In this document: in pieces, positions 1 to 8,921 of the stretch
How the letters are laid out: every line of letters begins with the position of its first letter
How positions within the stretch are numbered: position 1 is the first letter of the stretch
DNA from: Thermodesulfobacteriota bacterium
GTDB lineage: Bacteria > Desulfobacterota_D > UBA1144
Reading direction: 5' to 3'
NCBI GenBank assembly: GCA_029246845.1
Contig: JAQWMJ010000035.1
Span: forward strand, 1 to 21,161
Length of the DNA: 21,161 nucleotides
Notes under the pieces: model-generated
Seen by the model: the letters and a program-made list of their open reading frames with translations, nothing else
What the model was told of the DNA's origin: nothing
Database searches by the model: none
Made by a program: the position numbers and the translations under genes

Positions 1-43
1 TAAAGAATTTAAATAGAAAAATAAATCCATTAAAAAAGTAAAA

Positions 44-418
44 ATGAATGAAAATAATAAAAATGTATTCAACGAAGAACTTTCCTTATGCAGCGATAAC
101 CCAGTCACTGGTTTTTTTAGAGATGGATGTTGCAATACTGATTCGACCGATTATGGTGAACATTTAATTTGTTCTGTTATGACAGACGATTTTTTGGCTT
201 TCTCAAAACAAAAAGGTAATGACTTGTCGACACCTGTTCCAGAGTTTAACTTTCCGGGTCTCAAAGAAGGCGATAGTTGGTGCCTTTGTGCCGATAGATG
301 GAGAGAAGCCTATGAAAATGGGTGTGCACCTAAAATTTACTTACTTTCAACAAATTCGGAGATTTTAAAAAAAATACCCTTGGACATACTTAAACCTTTC
401 GCAATAGATTTGGATTAA
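44..418 (+). CDS. DUF2237 family protein
   Basis: 124 aa with the family motifs 'CSDNPVTGFFRDGCC', 'GNDLSTPVPEFNFPGLKEGDSWCLCADRW' and 'APKIYLLSTN'; 1-nt gap to the next gene. Confidence 0.9.
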   Translation: MNENNKNVFNEELSLCSDNPVTGFFRDGCCNTDSTDYGEHLICSVMTDDFLAFSKQKGNDLSTPVPEFNFPGLKEGDSWCLCADRWREAYENGCAPKIYLLSTNSEILKKIPLDILKPFAIDLD

Positions 419-419
419 A

Positions 420-1607
420 ATGCATAAAAAACTATCATTCTTAATGCTGCTTTCTTTCTTACTAGCAATTTTATTCGCCAACTTTTTTCCTGATCTTGTA
501 ATTAAGTCGAAATTTCTTGGTACATATTTTATAAAACTTCTAAAGGCATTTGTTCCTTTTTTAATATTTGGGACTATTACATATTCAATAGCTTCTTTTG
601 ATGCATTTAGCAATGTAAAAAAGATTGTTCCATTAACATTAATTTTTTATATAATGTCAACGCTTATTGCCATTACTTTTTCCCTTATAATTGGCTCTTT
701 TCTTGATTTTGGTGTCACAAATAAATATATACCAAATCCTGTGGATTTGCTTAGTACTCAAGTAGACATTGGATCATCTCTTTCAATTTTAGCCATAGAT
801 TTCAGTAACTTTTTCAATTTAATAATACAAGCCAACCCTTTCGCAATAATGATATTATCTCTAATTCTTGGTATTAGTGTTCGTTTTACATCAAAATATA
901 ACCATAAGATAGTCGGTTTTTTGTCTAGCATTAATAGCCTGGTTATTAATATCACAAATTACATTATGCTTCTGGCTCCACTGGCTATATTCTCCTTATT
1001 TGCGAATTTGTTAATAGAGGTAGAAGGTGAAACAATATACTCGTTATTAAGATTTGTTGTTAGCTCTATCGTTATTTTTATCGCTTATGTGATTCTTTTT
1101 TATGGTGGGGTTCTTAAATATTTTGGTGGAATTTCTCCGTACTTCTTTTTTAGTAAAATAAAAAACACACTTATTTTTGCTTTCTTCTCATCTAGTAGTG
1201 CGGCTACAATGCCCTTAACGCTAAAAACTGCTGAAGATGAATTAAAAATTAAAAAAGAAGTATCTTCTTTCGTTATTCCAATAGGGGTAACAGTAAATAT
1301 GGATGGTTCAGCGATTTATCTTGGCTTGGCAGCTTTATTCGTAGGTCAAATTCTTGGTATTGAATTTACATTTAATGAATATTTGGTAATTTGTTTAACG
1401 GCAACTATTGGCAGTATTGGTGCTGCTGGAGTTCCATCAGTAGCGTTGGTAATGATGACAATTGTTTTTTCATCAGTAGGGATTCCTTTGGAAGCAATAG
1501 CAATTATTGCGGGTGTAGATAGATTATTAGACATGTTTAGAACTTCAGTAAATGTTGCAGGAGACTTAACTATTGCTACCATAATTAATAATTTGATAAA
1601 TAAATAA
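420..1607 (+). CDS. Dicarboxylate/amino acid:cation symporter (DAACS/SDF, GltP/DctA-like)
   Basis: Multi-TM, 395 aa; serine-rich HP1 'FFSSSSAATMP', 'GVTVNMDGSAIY' (NMDG), HP2 'SIGAAGVPS', TM8 'DRLLDMFRTSVNVAGD'. Confidence 0.93.
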   Translation: MHKKLSFLMLLSFLLAILFANFFPDLVIKSKFLGTYFIKLLKAFVPFLIFGTITYSIASFDAFSNVKKIVPLTLIFYIMSTLIAITFSLIIGSFLDFGVTNKYIPNPVDLLSTQVDIGSSLSILAIDFSNFFNLIIQANPFAIMILSLILGISVRFTSKYNHKIVGFLSSINSLVINITNYIMLLAPLAIFSLFANLLIEVEGETIYSLLRFVVSSIVIFIAYVILFYGGVLKYFGGISPYFFFSKIKNTLIFAFFSSSSAATMPLTLKTAEDELKIKKEVSSFVIPIGVTVNMDGSAIYLGLAALFVGQILGIEFTFNEYLVICLTATIGSIGAAGVPSVALVMMTIVFSSVGIPLEAIAIIAGVDRLLDMFRTSVNVAGDLTIATIINNLINK

Positions 1608-1650
1608 TTTTTAGTAGGTAAATTCATTTTTCTTAGTTAATATTTAGATA

Positions 1651-2655
1651 ATGTTCAGATTAATAAAACTTATAGTTGAATTCTTAAATAACCTGGATAA
1701 GAGAGGTACAACTAATGGTAGTATTCCAACAATTAATTCTGAAGATAAGAGTAATTTAAAAAAGTTATTTATTATCGTCCCTGTCTTTTTTGGAATCCTA
1801 GCAATTCTATCAAGTATTTACACTATAGAACCAGGTGAAGTTGGAGTTGTTCAACGTTTTGGAAAGTTCTCATCATATACATCACCGGGCTTACGATTAA
1901 AGATTCCATTTATAGATAAATTAACCAAAGTTAACGTCGAAAAAGTAAGAAGAATTGAAATTGGTTTCAGATCTGAAAGATCTAGAGTTAATGTACTACA
2001 AGAGTCATTGATGATAACCAAAGATGAAAATATCGTTAGCGCACAAGCTATTGTCCAATGGAAGATTAAAGATCCAGCAAATTATTTATTTAAAGTAGTT
2101 AACCCAATACTTACTATTAAAAATAGTGCTGAGGTTGCTCTAAGAAGTACTGTGGGTGTAACAAATATTGATGATGCTTTAACTACTGGAAGAGACCAGA
2201 TACAGATCAAAACCAAAGAATTTCTTCAAATTTTATTAGACTCCTACTCTTCAGGGGTTGCGATTACCGATGTTAAGCTTCAAATAGTCGATCCACCAGA
2301 TGAGGTCAAAGATGCATTTAATGAAGTTGTTAGGGCAAAAGAAGATAAAGAAAGACTAATTAATGAAGCTAAAGGTTATTATGAAGACGTGATACCTAAG
2401 GCTCGTGGTGAAGCGGAAAAGATGATTAAAGAGGCTGAAGGTTACAGGGAGCAAAGAATCTCAACTGCAATGGGAGATACCTCGAGATTTAACCAGGTTT
2501 ACTCAGAATATAAAAAAGATAAATCAGTTACCAAGTCTAGGATATATCTAGAGAAATTATCTGAAATCCTTCAAAAACCAAAAAAAGTAATTGGAACTGA
2601 CTCATCTAGTGGTGCACTTAACTTGCTTCAATTAGGGGATATATTTAAGGATTAG
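1651..2655 (+). CDS. hflK: FtsH protease modulator HflK (SPFH/band-7)
   Basis: N-terminal TM, then 'GVVQRFGKF', 'ESLMITKDENIV', 'DPPDEVKDAFNEVVRAKEDKERLINEA', 'IPKARGEA', 'RIYLE'; immediately followed by hflC. Confidence 0.93.
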   Translation: MFRLIKLIVEFLNNLDKRGTTNGSIPTINSEDKSNLKKLFIIVPVFFGILAILSSIYTIEPGEVGVVQRFGKFSSYTSPGLRLKIPFIDKLTKVNVEKVRRIEIGFRSERSRVNVLQESLMITKDENIVSAQAIVQWKIKDPANYLFKVVNPILTIKNSAEVALRSTVGVTNIDDALTTGRDQIQIKTKEFLQILLDSYSSGVAITDVKLQIVDPPDEVKDAFNEVVRAKEDKERLINEAKGYYEDVIPKARGEAEKMIKEAEGYREQRISTAMGDTSRFNQVYSEYKKDKSVTKSRIYLEKLSEILQKPKKVIGTDSSSGALNLLQLGDIFKD

Positions 2656-2658
2656 TTT

Positions 2659-3504
2659 ATGAAAAAGTTTTTACCTTTAATCATTCTATTTGCAATACTT
2701 GTTCCATCTTTTGTTTTTACAATTGATGAAAGAGAGCAAGCTATTATTACCGAATTCGGTGAATTTAAAAGGTCTGTCATAAAACCTGGAATACATTTTA
2801 AAAAACCCTTTATAGAAAAGATTTCAAGATTTGAAAAAAGAATGCTTTCAACTGATGCCCCTCCAGGTCAATATCTAACACTTGATAAGAAAAGATTAAT
2901 AGTAGATTTCCTTGCGAGATGGAGAATTAAAGATCCTTTAGTTTTCTTTAAATCTGTTAGAAACTTTTTTAGTGCTAATACTAGGATAGAGGATATAGTT
3001 TATTCCGAACTTAGAGAGGAATTGGCTACTCATAATATAAACGACGTAATAGCCGAGAATAGAGAGCTGATAATGGATAAGGTAAAGGAAGGGAGTAGTG
3101 AAAAGCTTTCTGAATATGGAATAGAGTTGGTTGATGTCAGAATTAAAAGAGCTGATTTACCCTCTGAAGTTCAACAAAGTGTTTTTGATAGAATGGTAGC
3201 AGAAAGACAAAGAATTTCTAAAAGATATCGATCTGAAGGTGAAGAAGAGTCTGCTAAAATAAGAGCAGAAACAAATAAGAATAAAGAAATAATAATCGCT
3301 AAGGCATTTGAGACGAGTGAAAAAGTAAAGGGTGAGGGTGATAAAAAAGCTACTCAAATTTATTCTTCCGCTTATAGTAAAGACCCCGATTTTTATGAAT
3401 TCATGAAAAAGTTAGAAACTTATGAAAAAATTATTGATGAAAAAACTATCATTTTTCTTCCTATGAATTCAAGCTTATTAGATTTAATACAAAAGAGAGA
3501 CTAG
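2659..3504 (+). CDS. hflC: FtsH protease modulator HflC
   Basis: 'EQAIITEFGE', 'LTLDKKRLIVD', 'VDVRIKRADLP', 'RMVAERQRISKRYRSEGEEES', 'AYSKDPDFYEF'; 3-nt gap after hflK. Confidence 0.93.
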   Translation: MKKFLPLIILFAILVPSFVFTIDEREQAIITEFGEFKRSVIKPGIHFKKPFIEKISRFEKRMLSTDAPPGQYLTLDKKRLIVDFLARWRIKDPLVFFKSVRNFFSANTRIEDIVYSELREELATHNINDVIAENRELIMDKVKEGSSEKLSEYGIELVDVRIKRADLPSEVQQSVFDRMVAERQRISKRYRSEGEEESAKIRAETNKNKEIIIAKAFETSEKVKGEGDKKATQIYSSAYSKDPDFYEFMKKLETYEKIIDEKTIIFLPMNSSLLDLIQKRD

Positions 3505-3507
3505 TCT

Positions 3508-3996
3508 TTGGATACATTTAGTCACGCCCTTTGGGGAAAAGCGTTGTTTGGTTATAGAGGCGCAAGATTCTCTCCTTTTTTCTTTGGAGCTGCCCCAGAC
3601 TTAATAGCATTTGTTCCTTATTTTATCTTTAAACTTATAAAAAGTTCTAATACTAAGCTTTTTGGAAAGCCTGAAATAGCCGAGTTACCAAATTGGGTTT
3701 TGATTTTATACGATTTTTCCCATAGCTTTGTTACATCTTTTATAGTTCTTGGTATTCTGTTTTTTTTAAAAAAAAGAATCCTCGCATTTGCTTCCTTGTC
3801 CTGGTCTTTCCATATTTTGCTAGACTTTCCATTTCATACAAAGGAATTTTTTCCGACTAAGATTTTTTGGCCTATAAGTGATATTTACTATGACGGTATC
3901 TCTTGGGGTATTCCACAAGTTTGGTTAACAAATATTCTTCTGTTATTTTTAATTCTCTTTTATAGATTCAGACCGGGTAAAGATTTAGAGACGTAG
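3508..3996 (+). CDS. Membrane-bound metal-dependent hydrolase (YdjM/DUF457-like)
   Basis: TTG start 3 nt after hflC; motifs 'MDTFSHAL', 'GAAPDL', 'SHSF', 'HILLDFPFH', 'FWP' between hydrophobic segments. Confidence 0.7.
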   Translation: MDTFSHALWGKALFGYRGARFSPFFFGAAPDLIAFVPYFIFKLIKSSNTKLFGKPEIAELPNWVLILYDFSHSFVTSFIVLGILFFLKKRILAFASLSWSFHILLDFPFHTKEFFPTKIFWPISDIYYDGISWGIPQVWLTNILLLFLILFYRFRPGKDLET

Positions 3997-4461
3997 TTGT
4001 ATTGCTTTCCATAGCTCGTAAGTTACTTTAACGTCCTGAATACAGTACTTCATCATTTCTTCGCTGTAAATGCTCCAAGAACCACTATAATCACCTTTAA
4101 AATTACCTAATCTATACCCCCAGGCTTTCAGCGAATGCCTTCCTCTGTATTCGACTGGTATTTTGTCTTCTTTATTGTCAGACTCTATGATTTTAGGCCA
4201 TATTTTACGTGCATATTCTAGAGTATCAAAGATCTCTGCCTTTGGATTAAAGTTATAGATTTTTTGAATTGCTGGTATGTCAAATTTTCTGATATTGTGT
4301 CCTATTAAGATGTCAGCACTTTCAAGATATTCTATTCCATCAATTAGATTCTCTCTAAAAGATTTAACTTCTTGTCTTTCAATTTCTAATGTAGCAAAGC
4401 AATGAATTTTTGTTAAGCTCTGAAGAAACCCATCAGTTTCAATATCAAAAATAATTTTCAT
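3985..4461 (-). CDS. Stand-alone DnaQ-like 3'-5' exonuclease of the T7 DNA polymerase (gp5) N-terminal type
   Basis: 158 aa from the ATG at 4461 (1 nt after the oadB stop; the ORF track starts at an upstream TTG). ExoI 'FDIETDG', ExoII 'GHNIRKFDIPA', ExoIII 'YCIQDV', plus 'HSLKAWGYRLGNFKGDY' and 'EEMMKY', which match T7 gp5 as I recall it (HALEAWGYRLGEMKGEY, EEMMDYNVQDV). Confidence 0.85.
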   Translation of the reverse strand: MKIIFDIETDGFLQSLTKIHCFATLEIERQEVKSFRENLIDGIEYLESADILIGHNIRKFDIPAIQKIYNFNPKAEIFDTLEYARKIWPKIIESDNKEDKIPVEYRGRHSLKAWGYRLGNFKGDYSGSWSIYSEEMMKYCIQDVKVTYELWKAIQLRL

Positions 4462-4462
4462 A

Positions 4463-5791
4463 TTATGCAAAAATGGAAATCAATACACCAGCTGCAACAG
4501 CCGAGCCTATAACGCCTGAAACATTAGGTCCCATTGCATGCATAAGAAGAACATTTGAAGGATCTTCTTCATTGCCTACCTTGCTTACAACACGGGCTGC
4601 CATAGGCACTGCGGAAACACCAGCTGCTCCAATTAATGGGTTTATAGGATCCTTGCTGAGTTTATTCAGCAGCTTACCCATTAGGACACCAGTAGCTGTT
4701 CCTAAGGAGAAAGCAACTAGTCCTATAACGATTATCCCAAGTGTTTCTGGAACTAAAAATTTCTCAGCTGCTAGTTTTGATCCAACTGCAAGTCCTAAGA
4801 ATATAGTTACTATATTTATTAAAGAGTTTTGCATTGTATCAGAAAGTCTATCAACAGCACCAGATTCTTTTAAAAAGTTACCGAAGCATAGTGCGCCAAC
4901 AAGTGGTGTAGCATCTGGTAGAACCAAAATACATAGAATAAGTAAAGTTATAGGGAAGAATATTTTTTCTAATTTATTAACTTTTCTTAGCTGAACCATT
5001 TTAATCTTTCTTTCATGTTCAGAGGTTAAAGCTCTCATTATAGGTGGTTGTATAATTGGGACTAGTGCCATATACGAATAAGCTGCCACAGCGATTGCTC
5101 CTAAGAGATCTGGAGCTAGTCTTGAAGCGATAAAAATAGCTGTTGGCCCATCTGCACCACCAATTATACTTATTGCTGCAGAGTCTTGAAGTGAAAAATC
5201 AATGATGCTTGTATTTTGTGAGAGAAACACTGCCCCTACAAGAGAGCCAAATATGCCAAACTGTGCTGCAGCTCCCAATAGTGCAGTTTTTGGATTTGCT
5301 ATTAATGGCCCAAAATCTGTCATAGCCCCAACACCCATAAAGATTATTATGGGGAATAGACCATTTTGGACACCTAAAGAATATAGTATTCCAAGAAAAC
5401 CATTTGGACCTGCAATTTCGGCTATAGGAATATTCGCTAGTAATCCTCCAAACCCAATCGGCAGAAGTAATAAGGGTTCAAAATTTTTAGAGATGGCTAA
5501 ATAGAAAAGACTGATGCATATCACTATCATTAAAATTCTTCCGAAACTTTGAGAGAATTTTGACATAGGTTTTAATTTTTCTGGACCCAATTTACCTTCG
5601 ACAGGATTTAGGAATTCATATACCCCAGTTGACCTATAAAAGCTGTTGAAAAGCTCTTTAACATTCTTTGATTCGTATTCTTTTTGTTCAACTTTTATAT
5701 TATTATTTTGTGCAGAATATGCATAGTTAGAAAAACTAATAAAAATAAAAAATAGCAAGACTATAGATATGTAAGTTTTTATATTAACCAT
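4463..5791 (-). CDS. oadB: Na+-translocating oxaloacetate decarboxylase beta subunit
   Basis: '[12 protein letters not shown]', '[15 protein letters not shown]', '[12 protein letters not shown]', '[16 protein letters not shown]', '[12 protein letters not shown]', '[18 protein letters not shown]'; has a signal-peptide-like N-terminal extension. Confidence 0.96.
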   Translation of the reverse strand: MVNIKTYISIVLLFFIFISFSNYAYSAQNNNIKVEQKEYESKNVKELFNSFYRSTGVYEFLNPVEGKLGPEKLKPMSKFSQSFGRILMIVICISLFYLAISKNFEPLLLLPIGFGGLLANIPIAEIAGPNGFLGILYSLGVQNGLFPIIIFMGVGAMTDFGPLIANPKTALLGAAAQFGIFGSLVGAVFLSQNTSIIDFSLQDSAAISIIGGADGPTAIFIASRLAPDLLGAIAVAAYSYMALVPIIQPPIMRALTSEHERKIKMVQLRKVNKLEKIFFPITLLILCILVLPDATPLVGALCFGNFLKESGAVDRLSDTMQNSLINIVTIFLGLAVGSKLAAEKFLVPETLGIIVIGLVAFSLGTATGVLMGKLLNKLSKDPINPLIGAAGVSAVPMAARVVSKVGNEEDPSNVLLMHAMGPNVSGVIGSAVAAGVLISIFA

Positions 5792-5792
5792 A

Positions 5793-7616
5793 TTACGAAA
5801 CGACTAGTATCGTATCTCCTTCTTCAACATTCTGACCCTGATCAACTGTTATCGAATTAATAATGCCACTAACTCCCGCTTTTACTTCGATTTCCATTTT
5901 CATGGATTCTAATACTACTACTGTCTGATCAGGTTCAACTTTATCTCCATTTGAGCACATTATCTTAAATACTACACCGTTTACCGGAGCTGTAACGTTC
6001 TGACCTCCTTCTTCTTCGGAAGTCTCTTTCTCGGTAGAAGTCTTCTTAATTCCTGTGACTTGTACTTTGCCTAATGTAGAAACAATATCTGCATTAGATC
6101 CAGCAGCAACTTGTACATTGTAAGATTCACCATCTAGCAGAATTGTGTAAGCTGAAACTTTATCGTCAGTTTTTGATCCTTTTGCTTCTTTTGAATCTTC
6201 ATCTTCACCAGTATTCTTTCTTACATTAACCTTAGTTTTGCCTTCTAGGAATTCAATGCCTTTCTCTGCGCATGCTGCCGCAATAAAAACATTTTCTTCT
6301 GTTGTGTCTAGATTTTTATCTTCTAGAGTTTTTTTCCAAAACTCTAAACTTTTTCTTTCATCTCTATCTGCTATATCTAATGGATTTTCATTAGTCGGCT
6401 CTAGTTTTAGTTGTTCTGAAGCAATCTTAACAATTTCTGGGTCTGGACTAATTGGTGTCTTACCAAAATACCCAAGAACCATTCTGCCATATCCATCAGC
6501 AATTTTTTTCCATTTCCCAAACATGACATTACTAAAAGCTTGTTGCCAATAGAATTGTGAAACAGGTGTTACAGAAGTTCCATAACCACCTTTTTCTACT
6601 ACTTCTCTCATGGCTGCTATAACTTCAGGATATTTATGTAAAATATTGTTATCTCTCATCATTTGAGTATTTGCTGTAAGTGCTCCACCAGGCATTGGTG
6701 AAAAAGGTATTAGGGGAGAGACTCTTTTTGCTTCTCTAGGAACATAATATTCTTTTAACAGGCCTGCTAAGCATTCTTTTACTTTCATTAATTTGGATGA
6801 TTCTAAGTCACTTAAATTAAAATTTGTATTTTTGGTGGCGTGAAGCATTGTAAGTATATCTGGCTGACTTGTTCCACCAGATACAGGCGAAATAGCTGTA
6901 TCAATACCATCTGCTCCTGCCTCTAGTGCAGCTAAATAACATGCCACACTTATTCCTGCGCTTTCATGAGTGTGAAATCTTATATGAGTATTTTTAGGTA
7001 GCAGGTTTCTAGCCATTTTAATTGTATCGTAAACCTTTTTGGGATGTGCTGTACCGCTTGCATCTTTAAAACATAATGAAGAGAACTTTATATCTGAACT
7101 AAGAATTTGTCTTAGAATTTTTTCATAAAACTCCACATCATGTGCACCTATGCAGCCAGGCGGTAGGTCCATTACAGTTATAACGACCTCATGATTTAAT
7201 CCATGTTGATTGATACACTTAGCGCTATATTCTAAGTTTGAAACATCATTTAGTGCGTCAAAATTTCGTATTGTTGTTGTTCCATGCTTTTTGAACATCT
7301 TTGCGTGAAGATCAACGATATCTCTACTACCTGTATCTAAAGCTACTGTATTAATTCCCCTAGAAAGAGTCTGTAGATTAGCATCAGGACCAGTGATTTC
7401 TCTGAACTTATCCATCATATCAAAAGCATTCTCATTTAAATAAAAGAATAAGCTTTGGAACCTTGCCCCACCTCCGAATTCAAAGTGTGTGACACCAGCC
7501 TTCTTCGCCTCTTCAACAGCAGGAAGGAAATCTTCCATGAGCACCCTTCCTCCAAAGACAGATTGAAAACCATCTCTAAAGGTTGTATCCATAATATCTA
7601 TATATTTTTTACTCAT
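5793..7616 (-). CDS. oadA: Oxaloacetate decarboxylase alpha subunit / pyruvate carboxylase B-like (carboxyltransferase plus biotinyl domain)
   Basis: '[10 protein letters not shown]', 'CFKDASG', 'FHTHESAG', 'MPGGALT', 'VTPVSQ', and the C-terminal biotinylation motif '[10 protein letters not shown]'; lies between oadG and oadB. Confidence 0.94.
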   Translation of the reverse strand: MSKKYIDIMDTTFRDGFQSVFGGRVLMEDFLPAVEEAKKAGVTHFEFGGGARFQSLFFYLNENAFDMMDKFREITGPDANLQTLSRGINTVALDTGSRDIVDLHAKMFKKHGTTTIRNFDALNDVSNLEYSAKCINQHGLNHEVVITVMDLPPGCIGAHDVEFYEKILRQILSSDIKFSSLCFKDASGTAHPKKVYDTIKMARNLLPKNTHIRFHTHESAGISVACYLAALEAGADGIDTAISPVSGGTSQPDILTMLHATKNTNFNLSDLESSKLMKVKECLAGLLKEYYVPREAKRVSPLIPFSPMPGGALTANTQMMRDNNILHKYPEVIAAMREVVEKGGYGTSVTPVSQFYWQQAFSNVMFGKWKKIADGYGRMVLGYFGKTPISPDPEIVKIASEQLKLEPTNENPLDIADRDERKSLEFWKKTLEDKNLDTTEENVFIAAACAEKGIEFLEGKTKVNVRKNTGEDEDSKEAKGSKTDDKVSAYTILLDGESYNVQVAAGSNADIVSTLGKVQVTGIKKTSTEKETSEEEGGQNVTAPVNGVVFKIMCSNGDKVEPDQTVVVLESMKMEIEVKAGVSGIINSITVDQGQNVEEGDTILVVS

Positions 7617-7655
7617 AGTTTTTATCTTTCACTTTAATTCTGTCAATGAAACAGA

Positions 7656-7895
7656 CTATTTCTTTGAATTTTCTGCTATATGATGCTTTACAGCAGCTGA
7701 AATAATAGCTGCCCTTTTGGCCTCAGATGTTATACCTGAATTCTTTTGGGGTTCATTTGAAGAAACACTTTTCTCAGAAGCAATAAAGTAATTAATTAAT
7801 TTTCCTTGCGCCTCGAGTACTAAGACCATTATAACTAGAAACATAAAAACAACAGTCATTCCAGTTATCATAAAGTTGACAGATTCACCAATCAT
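7656..7895 (-). CDS. oadG: Oxaloacetate decarboxylase gamma subunit
   Basis: 79 aa; N-terminal TM 'FMITGMTVVFMFLVIMV', linker, C-terminal 'AAIISAAVKHH'; SD AAGGAG at 7910..7905. Confidence 0.92.
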   Translation of the reverse strand: MIGESVNFMITGMTVVFMFLVIMVLVLEAQGKLINYFIASEKSVSSNEPQKNSGITSEAKRAAIISAAVKHHIAENSKK

Positions 7896-7934
7896 TGTGA
7901 AACACTCCTTTTTATCATTTTTTTATCCATTCTT

Positions 7935-7963
7935 ATTTTAGTAAATAAAAAAGATAAAAACAA
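7935..7963 (-). promoter_or_regulatory. Putative sigma70 promoter of the oadGAB-exonuclease operon
   Basis: Minus strand TTGTTT (7963..7958), 17 bp, TAAAAT (7940..7935), upstream of the oadG SD. Confidence 0.45.
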
Positions 7964-7994
7964 TTAAAATTATATATTTTTTTTAATTTTACTA

Positions 7995-8023
7995 TTGACA
8001 AGGTATATAGTTTATGTCATCTT
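7995..8023 (+). promoter_or_regulatory. Putative sigma70 promoter of the 68-aa ORF
   Basis: TTGACA (7995-8000), 17 bp, CATCTT (8018-8023) preceded by TGn; ATG follows 9 nt later. Confidence 0.55.
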
Positions 8024-8032
8024 AAGGGCTTC

Positions 8033-8239
8033 ATGAGTGAAAAAGATATAGAAAACCAGGCTTTAAACTTATTAATGAAAGAGTTGCGAAAGCTTGATTA
8101 TTTTAAATGTATAACAGATTCCAAGGCTTTAACACATGCTTTCCATGTTATTAGCGAAAAAATTGGTTCATCAGTAGAATTTGTTAAAGAAAATACCGAG
8201 ATGGATCAATCCCTTAAGACACTTATTGCAAAACATTAA
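8033..8239 (+). CDS. Small hypothetical protein (68 aa), possible C-terminal HTH-like segment
   Basis: ATG ORF that fills the gap between oadG and the MIP gene, has its own promoter-like signal, and ends 2 nt from the convergent MIP stop. Confidence 0.7.
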   Translation: MSEKDIENQALNLLMKELRKLDYFKCITDSKALTHAFHVISEKIGSSVEFVKENTEMDQSLKTLIAKH

Positions 8240-8241
8240 TA

Positions 8242-8868
8242 TTATTCAATAGACTTTGATACTACTAAAACTGCCAAAATCTCAACAATCAAGAACACTA
8301 CTATAGAGCTTGAATCTATACCCACACCTGAATTAGTAAAAAGCCTTGATATTGTTACAGCAGGATTAGCAAAACAAGTAGAGGATGTGAAGAAAGTAGC
8401 AGATAGAATATAGGAGCCAACTAGAATCGGAAGACTAGAGGGTGAAAATTTTTCACCATGAATAATTACTATTAGCAGCCCTAAGGTTGCAATAAACTCT
8501 CCAAGAAGAATATTTGTTCCAGACCTGTCTATTTGGGATATTGTAATTGGGCTTTCTCCAAACATCAGATGAACGCATATTACTCCTGATATTCCTCCTA
8601 GTATTTGCATTAAAGAATATATAGAAAAATCTTTAAAAGTTAAATTTCCTCTGAGAAACATCATTAAAGATACTGCTGGATTGAAATGAGCTCCAGAAAC
8701 TTTCATAAACAAACTGATATTGCAAAAAAGAATAGAGCTCGCAGCAATAGCAATAACCAGAAGCGTTAAGTACTCTGGGGCATTCATTCCTGTCATTATA
8801 AAAGGAGTTCCAACGATAGAGAGCAAAAGCAAGAAAGTACCATAAAATTCAGCTACATACTTATTCAT
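8242..8868 (-). CDS. MIP/aquaporin family channel (AqpS-like subgroup)
   Basis: Likely start at ATG 8868 (MNKYVAEFYGT); two NPA boxes, 'SGAHFNPAVS' and 'FTSSTCFANPAVTISR'; six hydrophobic helices. Confidence 0.9.
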   Translation of the reverse strand: MNKYVAEFYGTFLLLLSIVGTPFIMTGMNAPEYLTLLVIAIAASSILFCNISLFMKVSGAHFNPAVSLMMFLRGNLTFKDFSIYSLMQILGGISGVICVHLMFGESPITISQIDRSGTNILLGEFIATLGLLIVIIHGEKFSPSSLPILVGSYILSATFFTSSTCFANPAVTISRLFTNSGVGIDSSSIVVFLIVEILAVLVVSKSIE

Positions 8869-8921
8869 GTTTTTTATACTAACTGATATAATATATTTAT
8901 TAAATATCAATTTTGTATCTT

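Noticed and set aside
3985..4461. Prophage suggested by the T7-like exonuclease
   Set aside because: No integrase, att repeats, structural genes or other replication genes; tightly flanked by cellular genes.
4473..5504. Plus-strand ORFs 4473..4994 (173 aa) and 5202..5504 (100 aa)
   Set aside because: Antisense shadows of oadB with no recognisable motifs; expected opposite a hydrophobic, Gly/Ala-rich gene.
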